Below, piece after piece: positions 10,681-20,424 of a DNA stretch of 64,000 nt (positions within the stretch are counted from its first letter, which is position 1; the number at the start of each line of letters is the position of its first letter). Location: NCBI GenBank assembly GCA_963753595.1, contig CAVWCX010000001.1, positions 64,001 through 128,000 of the forward strand, given 5' to 3'. The translations under genes were made by a program, and so were the position numbers. The DNA is from Candidatus Methanoperedenaceae archaeon (GTDB lineage Archaea; Halobacteriota; Methanosarcinia; Methanosarcinales; Methanoperedenaceae). The notes below the pieces were generated by a model, which did no database searches, was not told the DNA's origin, and was given only the letters and a program-made list of their open reading frames with translations.

Positions 10681-10900
10681 CTTCAATTTTTTCAAACTCC
10701 TTGTCTATAAGGTTCTGCTGTTCTTTTGCTTCATCATGAGTCAATGTCCCAACTACATCACGCAGCCCTTTCCTGACGGGGCGAGGACGTATAATTACTA
10801 TTACATTCTGATGTTCCATGATCCCCTTTAGAGGTTTTATGGGTTTCAATACGTTATCTTCGTATACTGCTTCTATTGTCTGTGTCGTGCTTTCTATCAT
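10670..10900 (-). CDS. AF2212/DUF104-family antitoxin
   Basis: TIEAVYEDNVLKPIKPL motif directly upstream of the PIN toxin. Confidence 0.85.
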   Translation of the reverse strand: MIESTTQTIEAVYEDNVLKPIKPLKGIMEHQNVIVIIRPRPVRKGLRDVVGTLTHDEAKEQQNLIDKEFEKIEGEW

Positions 10901-11310
10901 CTTAATTTCAAATAAGTTATTGGATTATTAAGATATATATTCTCTCTCTGTCAATGAAAATCAGCAATTTTTGTTTTCCTATAAAAAAAAGAATGGGTCA
11001 AGCTTGTGCATTTGATGGCGAGTGGAAGGTGGAGGAGGTCAGTGTCGGCAGGAGGTTTTCCATGCAGCCAATCTGCGTTCATATGCGGTTTTTATTTTCA
11101 TTGCTCGTTAATAATCCTTTTTGCACGATGCGCTTGAGGTTGCATGTGTATGTCGGCGTGCTGTATTTTAAAGCAGCATGTAATAAATATCATGGTAGTC
11201 CTCTGCCGGTGGTTATTTGAGGTCAGAATACTATCTGCCTTTTCTTTTAGCGAGCTGGAGAAATTATCCTGAAAATAAAGTTAAAAATAGGACTATCTAA
11301 AAAAATTATG

Positions 11311-11385
11311 TGCTCCGATGGGGATTTGAACCCCAGTCGTCAGAGTGAGAGTCTGACATGATTGGCCGTGCTACACTATCGGAGC
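11311..11385 (-). tRNA. tRNA-Glu (anticodon CTC), no intron, CCA not encoded
   Basis: GCTCCGATAGTGTAGCACGGCCAATCATG TCAGA CT CTC AC TCTGA CGACTGGGGTTCAAATCCCCATCGGAGCA: complete cloverleaf. Confidence 0.95.
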
Positions 11386-11556
11386 AGGATTGTCTCAAAG
11401 TAGTTATGTGTTAATTAAAGTTTCGTTTGTTGTTGGGGGAATTTGAATGAATCGATATTTATTACAACATAATTAAATATCATGATTAATAAGTATAATG
11501 ATTAAACATGATAAACTATAAGTACTTTAATATTCATACTAAAGGAAGGTGAAAGC

Positions 11557-11973
11557 ATGAGTCAAATCGTAAATGTGGTTTCCCGCGGTAATGGGAAGGT
11601 AACAAGAAAAAAAGTAAAAGCATCGCCATATGAATTTACAATAGCTACCAGGGCAAAGTGGGAAATGGTAATAGCGGATGAAGATATCCCGATCGGGGCC
11701 GGTAAGCTTGAGCGTGTCAAGGTAAAAGAAATAAGCGTGCAAAAGGACATGCTTGCGATACCATGTGCTTTCAGCCATCATCCAATTGTTTCGGTCATTA
11801 AAGTGGCAACAAAAGAAGGGCCAACACCAGTCGAAATGGACCGGACGATAAATGTAGCTTATGTTATGGGCCAGGAATCCGGCGAGATCAAAAAAGGAGA
11901 TCTCCTGTCAGTCCTGAACCTTTATCCCATAATGTTCACGCGGGAAGCAACTAAGCCGGTATGCGTCGGGTGA
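11557..11973 (+). CDS. DUF22-family protein, copy 1
   Basis: KWEMVIADED, PCAFSHHP, GEIKKGDLLSVLNLYP; AAGGTGA RBS. Confidence 0.75.
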   Translation: MSQIVNVVSRGNGKVTRKKVKASPYEFTIATRAKWEMVIADEDIPIGAGKLERVKVKEISVQKDMLAIPCAFSHHPIVSVIKVATKEGPTPVEMDRTINVAYVMGQESGEIKKGDLLSVLNLYPIMFTREATKPVCVG

Positions 11974-11978
11974 TAAAA

Positions 11979-12479
11979 ATGGAAACCTGCAAGATATGCA
12001 AGGGAGACCAGGATTCAAAACAATACAAGGGCTATAATATTTGTACCGAATGCGCAGACCTCATGGAAGACCTCATGGGTGAATATTTCCTGAGGACCAT
12101 AAGTGAAAGTGGAGAAACAAAAAAAGGGTACCTGAAATACCTGGAGAATGGAAAAGAATTCATAAGCAACTACCAGAAAATAAGACAGCACAGTAAAAGG
12201 CATATAAAGCATATGGAAGAACACGTGCAGGAGGAGATAAAAGGTGCCCAGGGCGGGAAACAAAGATACCTTGAGCGGCTCCTCATGACCATCAACTGGC
12301 TTGAACGCTGCCCGGAGTTCTACAATTATTATTTCAAGGAATATTATGTATGCCCGGGTTGCGGTGCGTCAATATTTGACCATTATGGTAAACATGAAGT
12401 TGGAGATTGGCTCATGATCTCTTGTGAAAAATGCGATACGGTTATCAAGAAGTATTTTTCGCCAAAGTTCATGAACTGA
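11979..12479 (+). CDS. Protein with two putative Zn sites, copy 1
   Basis: CKIC/CTEC at the N-terminus and CPGC/CEKC at the C-terminus; translationally coupled to DUF22. Confidence 0.75.
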   Translation: METCKICKGDQDSKQYKGYNICTECADLMEDLMGEYFLRTISESGETKKGYLKYLENGKEFISNYQKIRQHSKRHIKHMEEHVQEEIKGAQGGKQRYLERLLMTINWLERCPEFYNYYFKEYYVCPGCGASIFDHYGKHEVGDWLMISCEKCDTVIKKYFSPKFMN

Positions 12480-12660
12480 CCAACTTTATCCTTTTTAATT
12501 TCCTTTTATCCTTTTGGATTTAATTTTTCCAGTCTGCAACCTTTAATATTAATAAAGATTTATTATTAATTTGAATTTAATTAAAAATAAAATAAATTTA
12601 TAATGATTAGTCATGATAAAATATAAGTACTATTACAGTAGTTATCTTATGGGGGTTCTT

Positions 12661-13077
12661 ATGAACGAAATTGTAAATGTAGTAACCCATAACAACGGAC
12701 GAGTGGATCGAAAAAAAGTAAAGGCATCGCCATATGAATTTACAATAGCGACCCGGGCAAAATGGGAAATGATAATTGCAGATGAAGATGTCACAATAGG
12801 TGCGGGAAAACTTGAAAAAGTAAAAATTAAAGAGATAATTGTACAGAAAGATATGCTTGCAATGCCATGCGCATTCAGTCATCATCCTGTCGTATCTGTT
12901 ATTAAGGTCAAAACCAGGGATGGCCCATCACCCATTGAAACTGATCGCATAGTAAATAGTGCTTTTGTCCTTGGCCAGGAATCCGGTGAGATCAAAAAAG
13001 GTGACCTTTTGTCAGTGCTAAATCTCTATCCCATAATGTTCACGCGTGAAGCCACAATACCAGTAGGAGTGAGGTAG
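12661..13077 (+). CDS. DUF22-family protein, copy 2
   Basis: Close paralog of 11557-11973; start at MNEIVNVV. Confidence 0.75.
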   Translation: MNEIVNVVTHNNGRVDRKKVKASPYEFTIATRAKWEMIIADEDVTIGAGKLEKVKIKEIIVQKDMLAMPCAFSHHPVVSVIKVKTRDGPSPIETDRIVNSAFVLGQESGEIKKGDLLSVLNLYPIMFTREATIPVGVR

Positions 13078-13079
13078 TT

Positions 13080-13586
13080 ATGGAGACATGCAGGATCTGC
13101 AAGGGTGAACAGGACACCAGGTATTTCAAGGAATATAATATTTGTACTGAATGTGCTGATCTTATGGAAGACCTCATGAGTGAGTATTTCCAGAGAACCA
13201 TTAAATTTGAAGGATCCGTTTCAAAAAGATGGTATAACGATTATGTTGAAAACGTAAAACAATTTGCAAGCGATTATCAAAGAATACGAAAGCACAGCAA
13301 ACAGCACATAAGACATATGGAAGAACATGTAAAAGATGAAATGAATAAAGGCGTTGAGGGGGGAAGAAGGAGATATCTTGAAAGGCTGCTCCTCACGATC
13401 AACTGGCTAAGCGCCAGCCCTGAATTTTATAATTATTATTTCAAGGGCTTTTCTTCCTGTAAAGGATGCGGTTCATCAATATTCGACCACTTTGATAAAA
13501 TGGAAGTGGGAAGCTGGTTCATGATAAAATGTGATAAGTGCGATACTGTGATCAAGAAATATTTCTCGCCAAAGTTCATGAACTGA
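13080..13586 (+). CDS. Protein with two putative Zn sites, copy 2
   Basis: Paralog of 11979-12479; identical C-terminus DTVIKKYFSPKFMN; followed by a long T tract. Confidence 0.75.
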   Translation: METCRICKGEQDTRYFKEYNICTECADLMEDLMSEYFQRTIKFEGSVSKRWYNDYVENVKQFASDYQRIRKHSKQHIRHMEEHVKDEMNKGVEGGRRRYLERLLLTINWLSASPEFYNYYFKGFSSCKGCGSSIFDHFDKMEVGSWFMIKCDKCDTVIKKYFSPKFMN

Positions 13587-13765
13587 TTTTTTTTTTTGCA
13601 ATAATAAGACCCATATTTCGCACATTACATTGTTGAATTTACATTGTTTTCCGATTCAGATTATTATAAATATATATCTCGATTTATTGATTAATACTCC
13701 GCTGCTTAATTATTTTTAAATATCAAATTTATTTCGAGCATGTGCGAAATGCAGGACAGGATATC

Positions 13766-14782
13766 CTAAAACCACTTATCCAGTGTCTGTTGCCCCTCAT
13801 CCGAGGCTTCGACCAGGCGCTCCACAGCTTTTGAAACGCGAACTTGCGCAAAATCATGGTCATCACACAGGAATTTCATGATCGCCTTTGGATCTGGTTT
13901 TCTCCACTTTATCTCATATTCCTGAGTAACTACAGGATTGAGGAATAAATCTTTTATTTCAGAAAGATGTGTGATCTGCGTATTTAATTCAAGAAGCGCA
14001 GCTTCAATTCCTGCATGTTTTTTTATCAATTTCAAAGCCTTCTTGGGACCTATTCCCTTTATGCCGTCATTATAATCTGTTCCCACAAGAAGCGCAATAT
14101 CCACAAGTTGTTCTCTTGATATTCCCAGTGTTTCAAGCCCTTTTTCAAGTTCGATGAGTTCAGGTTTTACTTCCACGAATATGCTCTTTCCCGCAAGCTT
14201 TCGTTTCCCTGTGACTGCAAGATTCCTTACAACAACAGGCGCGCCGAACAACAGTGCATCATAATCCTGTGAACCTGCAGCATATGCTTTTCCATCCCTT
14301 ACTATTGATGAAGCCTGCGCCTCCCCTTCAGACGGCGCCTGGATGACAGGCATCCCCATAATCTGTAGCAAAAGTTTTGCATCTTCTATCATGTTTCCCT
14401 TGATCCGGGATGATGCCTGGGCGTGTTTAAAGGCTTCTTTATCTTCTCCCCTTGCTTTTGCCTCATCCCATTTTTCCTGGGCATTTGCTCTTAATTTTTT
14501 TCGTTCTTCAATTGTTTTATTTTTAAATTCAGGGGGTGTGCCATCAAAGACGAATACCGGTTTTATCCCCTCTTCTATGAGGTTTGTTGTCCGGTAAAGG
14601 AAACCTGAAAGATGGGATGTTACCTCCCCGTGGGAATCAATAAGCGGTGTACCATCACGCTGGCGTATTATACTCAGGAATTGATAAAGTGTATTATAGG
14701 CATCTATGGCTATTACTTTTCCTTTCAGGTCGGAAAATTCAATTTCTTTTCGTTCAAAAAGATCTCCGAGGTCAACCCCCAT
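13766..14782 (-). CDS. fen: Flap endonuclease 1
   Basis: MGVDLG, IDAYNTLYQFLSIIRQ.DGTPL, APSEGEAQA, SQDYDALLFG, GTDYN, C-terminal PIP box QQTLDKWF. Confidence 0.97.
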   Translation of the reverse strand: MGVDLGDLFERKEIEFSDLKGKVIAIDAYNTLYQFLSIIRQRDGTPLIDSHGEVTSHLSGFLYRTTNLIEEGIKPVFVFDGTPPEFKNKTIEERKKLRANAQEKWDEAKARGEDKEAFKHAQASSRIKGNMIEDAKLLLQIMGMPVIQAPSEGEAQASSIVRDGKAYAAGSQDYDALLFGAPVVVRNLAVTGKRKLAGKSIFVEVKPELIELEKGLETLGISREQLVDIALLVGTDYNDGIKGIGPKKALKLIKKHAGIEAALLELNTQITHLSEIKDLFLNPVVTQEYEIKWRKPDPKAIMKFLCDDHDFAQVRVSKAVERLVEASDEGQQTLDKWF

Positions 14783-14798
14783 GATAGCACCCTAAAGT

Positions 14799-15077
14799 TC
14801 ATCCCATTCTTACATCTATTACTGAATCGTTATCTGCTTCAATACCTCTTACTGTCAAAAGGTTGCCTTTTCGGTTTATTAATTCAGTTGACGTGACACT
14901 GACCTGATGTTCGTCCTGGGATTCTGTATTTTTATGTATGATCAGCACTTTTGTTCCTTTTTCGAATTCTTCCACGAAATTCCCAAGAACATGTTCATAA
15001 TCAGAATATATCAATATATGAGATAATCCGGATGCTGTGTTCTTGATAATGCCGATTGGTTCGATCTTTAGATTCAA
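14799..15077 (-). CDS. Short TsaA/TrmO-like beta-barrel protein
   Basis: IEPIGII start, L.VRGIEA...SVIDV; lacks the full catalytic insert. Confidence 0.55.
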   Translation of the reverse strand: MNLKIEPIGIIKNTASGLSHILIYSDYEHVLGNFVEEFEKGTKVLIIHKNTESQDEHQVSVTSTELINRKGNLLTVRGIEADNDSVIDVRMG

Positions 15078-15360
15078 ATGGATGACCTCTTAAAATATAC
15101 CGTTATTCGCATGGCCTGCATATAGCTTTTTCGACAATATGAATTTTCCCGGTTTGCCCTTTATTATGTAAATCCTCATCCCAATCCAACATTAATAATC
15201 GATATATATTCTTCAATTTCCAGGAAATTACCAGATAATGTTATATACAAAAACAAAGGTGATACGGGGTTCTGTTGTAATTTAAATAAATGAAAAAAAG
15301 CTGGGATATAATATTTTAAAAATATATGATTATTTATTTCTTGGACTGGTTGTTTTTTAT

Positions 15361-17352
15361 TTGATTGGGGCCATTTCATCAGTTATCTTAAACAAAAAAG
15401 ACCGCATTTGTTCCTACATTTCATTTTTCAGCGCAGCGGCAGGAGCCATTTTTGGAGTGATCTTTTCAATATCGGTAATTTTTGGCGAAACGTTTTACCT
15501 GGCACTTTCGCAAGATTCATACCTGAAATTCGGTATTTTTGTCGATAAACTATCTGCATTTTTTATTCTTGTAATATCAATATCAGTGTTTGCAGTATCG
15601 ATATTTTCAACAGGATATGTTAAAGAATATTTTGGGAAAAAGAATATCGGACATCTTGGTTTCCTGTATAATATTTTTATTCTTTCAATGATATTTGTAG
15701 TTTCGGCAAATAATGCAATAATGTTCTTAATAGTGTGGGAATTAATGTCTGTGATATCTTTTTTCCTCGTGGTTTACGAACATGAAAAACCAGAAACAAG
15801 AAAAGCGGGTTTTATCTATATTGTAATGACCCACATCGGAACCGGTTTCATTCTATTGTCATTCATGATCTTTGCAGGAACATCGGGCAGTTTCGGTTTT
15901 GAAACATTCCACGCTGCCGGCTCGACCATGACACCTCTTCTTAAAGATCTTGCTTTCATTTTTGCATTGATCGGTTTTGGAGCAAAAGCGGGTATCGTTC
16001 CCCTGCATATATGGCTTCCCTATGCTCATCCTGCGGCGCCAAGTAATGTCTCAGCGCTTATGTCTGGTGTAATGATAAAAACCGCTATTTTCATGCTGAT
16101 CCGGATATCTTTTGATTTCCTTGGGGCAAGCGTGTCCTGGTGGGGATACGTTGTGCTGGCAGTGGGTACGATATCTGCAATACTTGGCATATTGTATGCA
16201 GTTGTGGAACCGGATATGAAAAGGATGCTTGCATTCAGCAGCATCGAAAATATAGGGATCATCCTTATTGGTCTTGGCGCTTCTATGATCTTTTTAGCAA
16301 GCGGAAAGCCCATAATTTCAGCAATAGCCGCGATTGCGGCACTATACCACCTCCTGAATCATTCTGTTTTTAAAGGATTGCTCTTCATGGGAGCTGGTTC
16401 CATATTATTTTCAACACATACAAAAAATATCGAGAAGCTGGGTGGAATAATAAAGAAAATGCCATTTAGCGCCATTCTTATCCTTATTGGTGTTTTATCA
16501 ATTTCAGCGTTGCCGCCATTCAGCGGTTTTGTGAGCGAATGGCTGACTTTCCAGTCCTTGCTCCTGAGTTTTAATTTAAATAACAATTTTGCCATGATCG
16601 TGTTATCGATCAGTGCAGCAGTACTGGCTTTGACCGGAGCGCTTGCTGCTTATTGTTTCCTCAAGTTTTTCGGGATGGTTTTCCTTGCTCTGCCCAGAAG
16701 CGAACATGCGCAACACGCAAAAGAGGTAAATGTTTCAATGCTGGCCGGAATGGGGATATTTGCATTATTATCAATATTGCTTGGTATATTGCCAAAGTAC
16801 GTACTTCCTGTTCTTGACAGGATAGCAGCATCTTTTATCGGGACAGGTGCATTCAGCCAATCCATTTCAGTTGGCACTTTCGGGATGATATCCATCCCAT
16901 CCTCGCAGGGAATTTCAATTTCAACGCCGGTGCTTCTTGTAATGTTATTGATCCTTATGTTAATACCCGCAGTGATTTTATTGACCAATAGAAAGACCCT
17001 GCAGCCAATATATGAAACCTGGGGATGCGGCCAGCCAATTTCAACCTCAAGGAATGAATATTCGGCAAACGCTTTCTCAAAACCTGTACAGGTGTGGTTC
17101 AAGAGCTTATATCGTCCTGCAAGAGAAACAGAAGCAACATATTCATCCCCGTATCTTAAGCAATCATTTAAGTTCGAGTCAAGAATAGAACAGGTATTTG
17201 AACAATATTTATATAATCCGGTGGTTGATTTTGTCATAGTAAAATCAAGAAAAGCCAAACTGATCCAGACAGGAAGCATTCATGCATATCTTGGTTACAT
17301 TTTTGGAATATTAATAATCCTTTTTATGTTTGTGATCGCAGGAGGAACTTAG
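15361..17352 (+). CDS. hyfB: Ehr/hydrogenase-4 antiporter-like membrane subunit (HyfB-like); true start probably further upstream
   Basis: WELMS, KAGIVPLHIWLPYAHPAAPSNVSALMSG, FSSIENIG, WGCG; frame open back to ~15300. Confidence 0.9.
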   Translation: MIGAISSVILNKKDRICSYISFFSAAAGAIFGVIFSISVIFGETFYLALSQDSYLKFGIFVDKLSAFFILVISISVFAVSIFSTGYVKEYFGKKNIGHLGFLYNIFILSMIFVVSANNAIMFLIVWELMSVISFFLVVYEHEKPETRKAGFIYIVMTHIGTGFILLSFMIFAGTSGSFGFETFHAAGSTMTPLLKDLAFIFALIGFGAKAGIVPLHIWLPYAHPAAPSNVSALMSGVMIKTAIFMLIRISFDFLGASVSWWGYVVLAVGTISAILGILYAVVEPDMKRMLAFSSIENIGIILIGLGASMIFLASGKPIISAIAAIAALYHLLNHSVFKGLLFMGAGSILFSTHTKNIEKLGGIIKKMPFSAILILIGVLSISALPPFSGFVSEWLTFQSLLLSFNLNNNFAMIVLSISAAVLALTGALAAYCFLKFFGMVFLALPRSEHAQHAKEVNVSMLAGMGIFALLSILLGILPKYVLPVLDRIAASFIGTGAFSQSISVGTFGMISIPSSQGISISTPVLLVMLLILMLIPAVILLTNRKTLQPIYETWGCGQPISTSRNEYSANAFSKPVQVWFKSLYRPARETEATYSSPYLKQSFKFESRIEQVFEQYLYNPVVDFVIVKSRKAKLIQTGSIHAYLGYIFGILIILFMFVIAGGT

Positions 17353-18297
17353 ATGATCGCACAAATTATTTTCCAGATAATTATTATCATTGCACTTGCA
17401 CCGCTGCTTAGCGGAATTATGAAAAAAGTAAAAGCGTTCTTCCAGATAAGAAAAGGCCCGGGCGTTCTGCAGCCTTATTTTGATATTATAAAACTGCTTA
17501 AAAAAGATTCCGTTATTTCAGGGAATGTGTCCTGGATATTTCATGCTGCGCCTATTATTTCTTTTGTTGCCTTCCTTACAGCGGGTCTTTTGATACCGAT
17601 ATACATTACACAACTTTCCCTTGGTTTTGCCGGAGACCTGATCGCGGTTATCTACCTGTTTGCCCTTGCAAGATTCTTTACTGCCCTTGCTTCACTGGAT
17701 GCAGGAAGTTCTTTCGGCGGGATGGGGGGAAGCCGTGAGATGTTCATAGCGTCTTTAGTAGAACCTGCATTGATGCTTTCCATATTTGCAGTTGCGTTAA
17801 ATGTTGGTTCAACGAATCTGGGTTTCATTTCACAAACCATATCGGGCCTGGGTATTGGTGCCATGTCACCTTACCAGATCCTTGCTTTTGTTGCATTTTT
17901 TATCATCGCAATAGCTGAAACCGGGCGTATCCCTGTGGATAACCCGGCCACACATCTTGAACTTACAATGATCCACGAGGCAATGATACTTGAATATTCA
18001 GGAAAACAACTTGCAATAGTGGAGCTTGGGGCAATGATAAAGCAATTACTTATTTTTTCATTGCTTGCTAACATATTTTTCCCATGGGGCATAGCCACAG
18101 AAGGTGCAGGTGCATCAGCAATGGTTTTAGCACTCCTGGTTTATTTTATAAAGATAGTGATTATTGGAATTACAATGGCATCTGTTGAAATTTCAACAGC
18201 AAAATGGAGATTATTCAGATTGCCTGAATTAATGTCAATATCTCTTATGCTTTCATTCCTTGCCCTTGTCTCATTTATTATAGTAAAAGGAGGATAA
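17353..18297 (+). CDS. hyfC: HyfC/NuoH-like membrane subunit
   Basis: GPGVLQPYFD, FGGMGGSRE, AETGRIPVDNPATHLELTMIHEAMILEYSG. Confidence 0.92.
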   Translation: MIAQIIFQIIIIIALAPLLSGIMKKVKAFFQIRKGPGVLQPYFDIIKLLKKDSVISGNVSWIFHAAPIISFVAFLTAGLLIPIYITQLSLGFAGDLIAVIYLFALARFFTALASLDAGSSFGGMGGSREMFIASLVEPALMLSIFAVALNVGSTNLGFISQTISGLGIGAMSPYQILAFVAFFIIAIAETGRIPVDNPATHLELTMIHEAMILEYSGKQLAIVELGAMIKQLLIFSLLANIFFPWGIATEGAGASAMVLALLVYFIKIVIIGITMASVEISTAKWRLFRLPELMSISLMLSFLALVSFIIVKGG

Positions 18298-18301
18298 AAA
18301 A

Positions 18302-18961
18302 ATGACAGAAGTTGTTTTCGGGTCTAAAATAATGCAATTATTGATAGCATTCATTCTTGTTTCCACCTTCATGATCCTTGGTTCCACAAGGCTTTATTCA
18401 TGTGTCAGGGCTTTTGGGATACAATCATTCCTGCTTGCATGTGTTGCCGGGATCGTGGCATATTCCACAGGAAAATATGATATTTATATTGTCGCTCTCC
18501 TGACCCTTATAATAAAATCAGCAGTAATTCCTTATATTTTTATTTACATTATCCGGGAGATCAAAGTTAAAAGGGAGATAGAACTTTATGTAAGCATCTC
18601 ACCTTCACTTATCATAGGCGGCATCCTTGTTGTGATCTCATATTATCTCATAAGATCGATAAGTATAATTTCAGAACTTTCAAGTTTAGCCCTTTCAGCA
18701 TCCATGTCGCTTGTGTCAATAGGACTTTTCATTATGATAAGCCGAAAAAAAGCCCTGATGCAGATGCTTGGAATCCTGATAATGGAAAATGGTCTTTTCC
18801 TTGGGGCAATCTCATTGACAAATGGCATGCCTCTCCTTGTTGAACTCGGGATATTCTTTGATGTCCTTATCGGAGTTCTCATTATGGGCATCCTGATATT
18901 CAGGATAAACAAAACATTTGAGAGTATAGATACGGATTTGCTCAAAAATTTAATAGGTTGA
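18302..18961 (+). CDS. hyfE: HyfE-like membrane subunit
   Basis: QS..LA, MENG, GMPLLVELGIFFD. Confidence 0.9.
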   Translation: MTEVVFGSKIMQLLIAFILVSTFMILGSTRLYSCVRAFGIQSFLLACVAGIVAYSTGKYDIYIVALLTLIIKSAVIPYIFIYIIREIKVKREIELYVSISPSLIIGGILVVISYYLIRSISIISELSSLALSASMSLVSIGLFIMISRKKALMQMLGILIMENGLFLGAISLTNGMPLLVELGIFFDVLIGVLIMGILIFRINKTFESIDTDLLKNLIG

Positions 18962-18965
18962 TACC

Positions 18966-20420
18966 ATGATAGAATATCTTCTTCTTGCTCCGATATTGAC
19001 AGGCATATTATGCTTTTTTACAAGATCAAAGAAACAGGTTGAGACGGCAAGTCTTATAGGCTCTATTGCTACCCTTATTCTTGGATTGGTCCTGGTGAAA
19101 AATGTGTATCAAAACGGCACCATAGTATCGTGGACAAATTCTCTCTTTGCGGATGCATTCAGTGCTTTTATTGTCCTTATCGTTTCCATTGTGGGTTTTG
19201 TGGCTTCGGTTTATTCCATCGGCTACATGGGGCATGAATTCAAACACGGGATAATGGATTTAAAAAAATTGAAAATCTATTATGTCCTTTTCCACACCTT
19301 CATGTTCACCATGCTCCTTGTTGGAGTCACAAATAATCTTGGCCTGTGGATCGCCATTGAGATGACAACTCTAGTCTCAGCCCTCCTCATGATACTTCAT
19401 ACCAAAAAATCCTCTGTTGAAGCCGCATGGAAATATATGATCATATGTACTGTAGGAATCACGTTCGCCCTGTTCGGAACCATACTTACTTACTATGGCG
19501 CTGTAAAAATACTGGGGGAATCAGGAGATGCGCTTAACTGGACATCTCTTATCGCGGTGGCAGACCAGTTTGACCCGACTATAATGAAGCTCGCATTCAT
19601 ATTTATTCTCATAGGTTATGGCACAAAAGCAGGTCTTGCTCCCATGCATACCTGGCTTCCGGATGCGCACAGCGAGGCCCCAACACCTGTGAGCGCGCTG
19701 CTTTCAGGAGTTCTCCTGAATTGCGCCATGTACGGGATTATCAGATTCTATACTATAGCAACAAAGTCAACAGGACCGGCTTTTACAAGCAATCTCCTCA
19801 TTATATTCGGGCTTCTTTCCATTGGCATTGCAGTACCGTTCATAATTCTCCAGGAAGATTACAAAAGGATGCTAGCATACAGCAGCGTTGAGCATATGGG
19901 AATAATAGCCCTCGGGATAGGGTTCGGCGGGTTCCTGGGGGTTTTTGGCGCGATACTTCATATGTTTAACCATGCCATGACAAAATCACTAATGTTCTTC
20001 GGCGCAGGAAATGTGCTTCTAAAGCATGAAACAAAAGAGATAGACAAGGTGAGCGGCATAATTAAATCCATGCCGGCAACAGGAACAATGCTGCTGATAG
20101 GAGGGCTTGCGATCACAGGGTCGCCGCCATTTGGGATATTCATTAGTGAATTTACAATACTTTCAGCAGGTTTTTTCCAGGGAAATATCATCTCTTCGGT
20201 CTTATTTCTGCTATTTATAATTATGATATTCGCAGGCTTTTTCTATAACCTCAGTAAAATGATTTTCGGAACTCCAAAACCCGGAATAGTGGCCGGGGAA
20301 GTGAGCAGGTGGACACTCGGAGCAATGGCGATCGTTGCAGTTTTCGTAATTGTGCTCGGAGTCTATATTCCTCCGTTTTTTTATGATATGATAATAAAAG
20401 TCGTGGCTGTTATAAGGTGA
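18966..20420 (+). CDS. hyfF: HyfF-like antiporter subunit
   Basis: EAAWKY, GYGTKAGLAPMHTWLPDAHSEAPTPVSALLSG, YSSVEHMG. Confidence 0.92.
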   Translation: MIEYLLLAPILTGILCFFTRSKKQVETASLIGSIATLILGLVLVKNVYQNGTIVSWTNSLFADAFSAFIVLIVSIVGFVASVYSIGYMGHEFKHGIMDLKKLKIYYVLFHTFMFTMLLVGVTNNLGLWIAIEMTTLVSALLMILHTKKSSVEAAWKYMIICTVGITFALFGTILTYYGAVKILGESGDALNWTSLIAVADQFDPTIMKLAFIFILIGYGTKAGLAPMHTWLPDAHSEAPTPVSALLSGVLLNCAMYGIIRFYTIATKSTGPAFTSNLLIIFGLLSIGIAVPFIILQEDYKRMLAYSSVEHMGIIALGIGFGGFLGVFGAILHMFNHAMTKSLMFFGAGNVLLKHETKEIDKVSGIIKSMPATGTMLLIGGLAITGSPPFGIFISEFTILSAGFFQGNIISSVLFLLFIIMIFAGFFYNLSKMIFGTPKPGIVAGEVSRWTLGAMAIVAVFVIVLGVYIPPFFYDMIIKVVAVIR

Positions 20421-20424
20421 TTCA

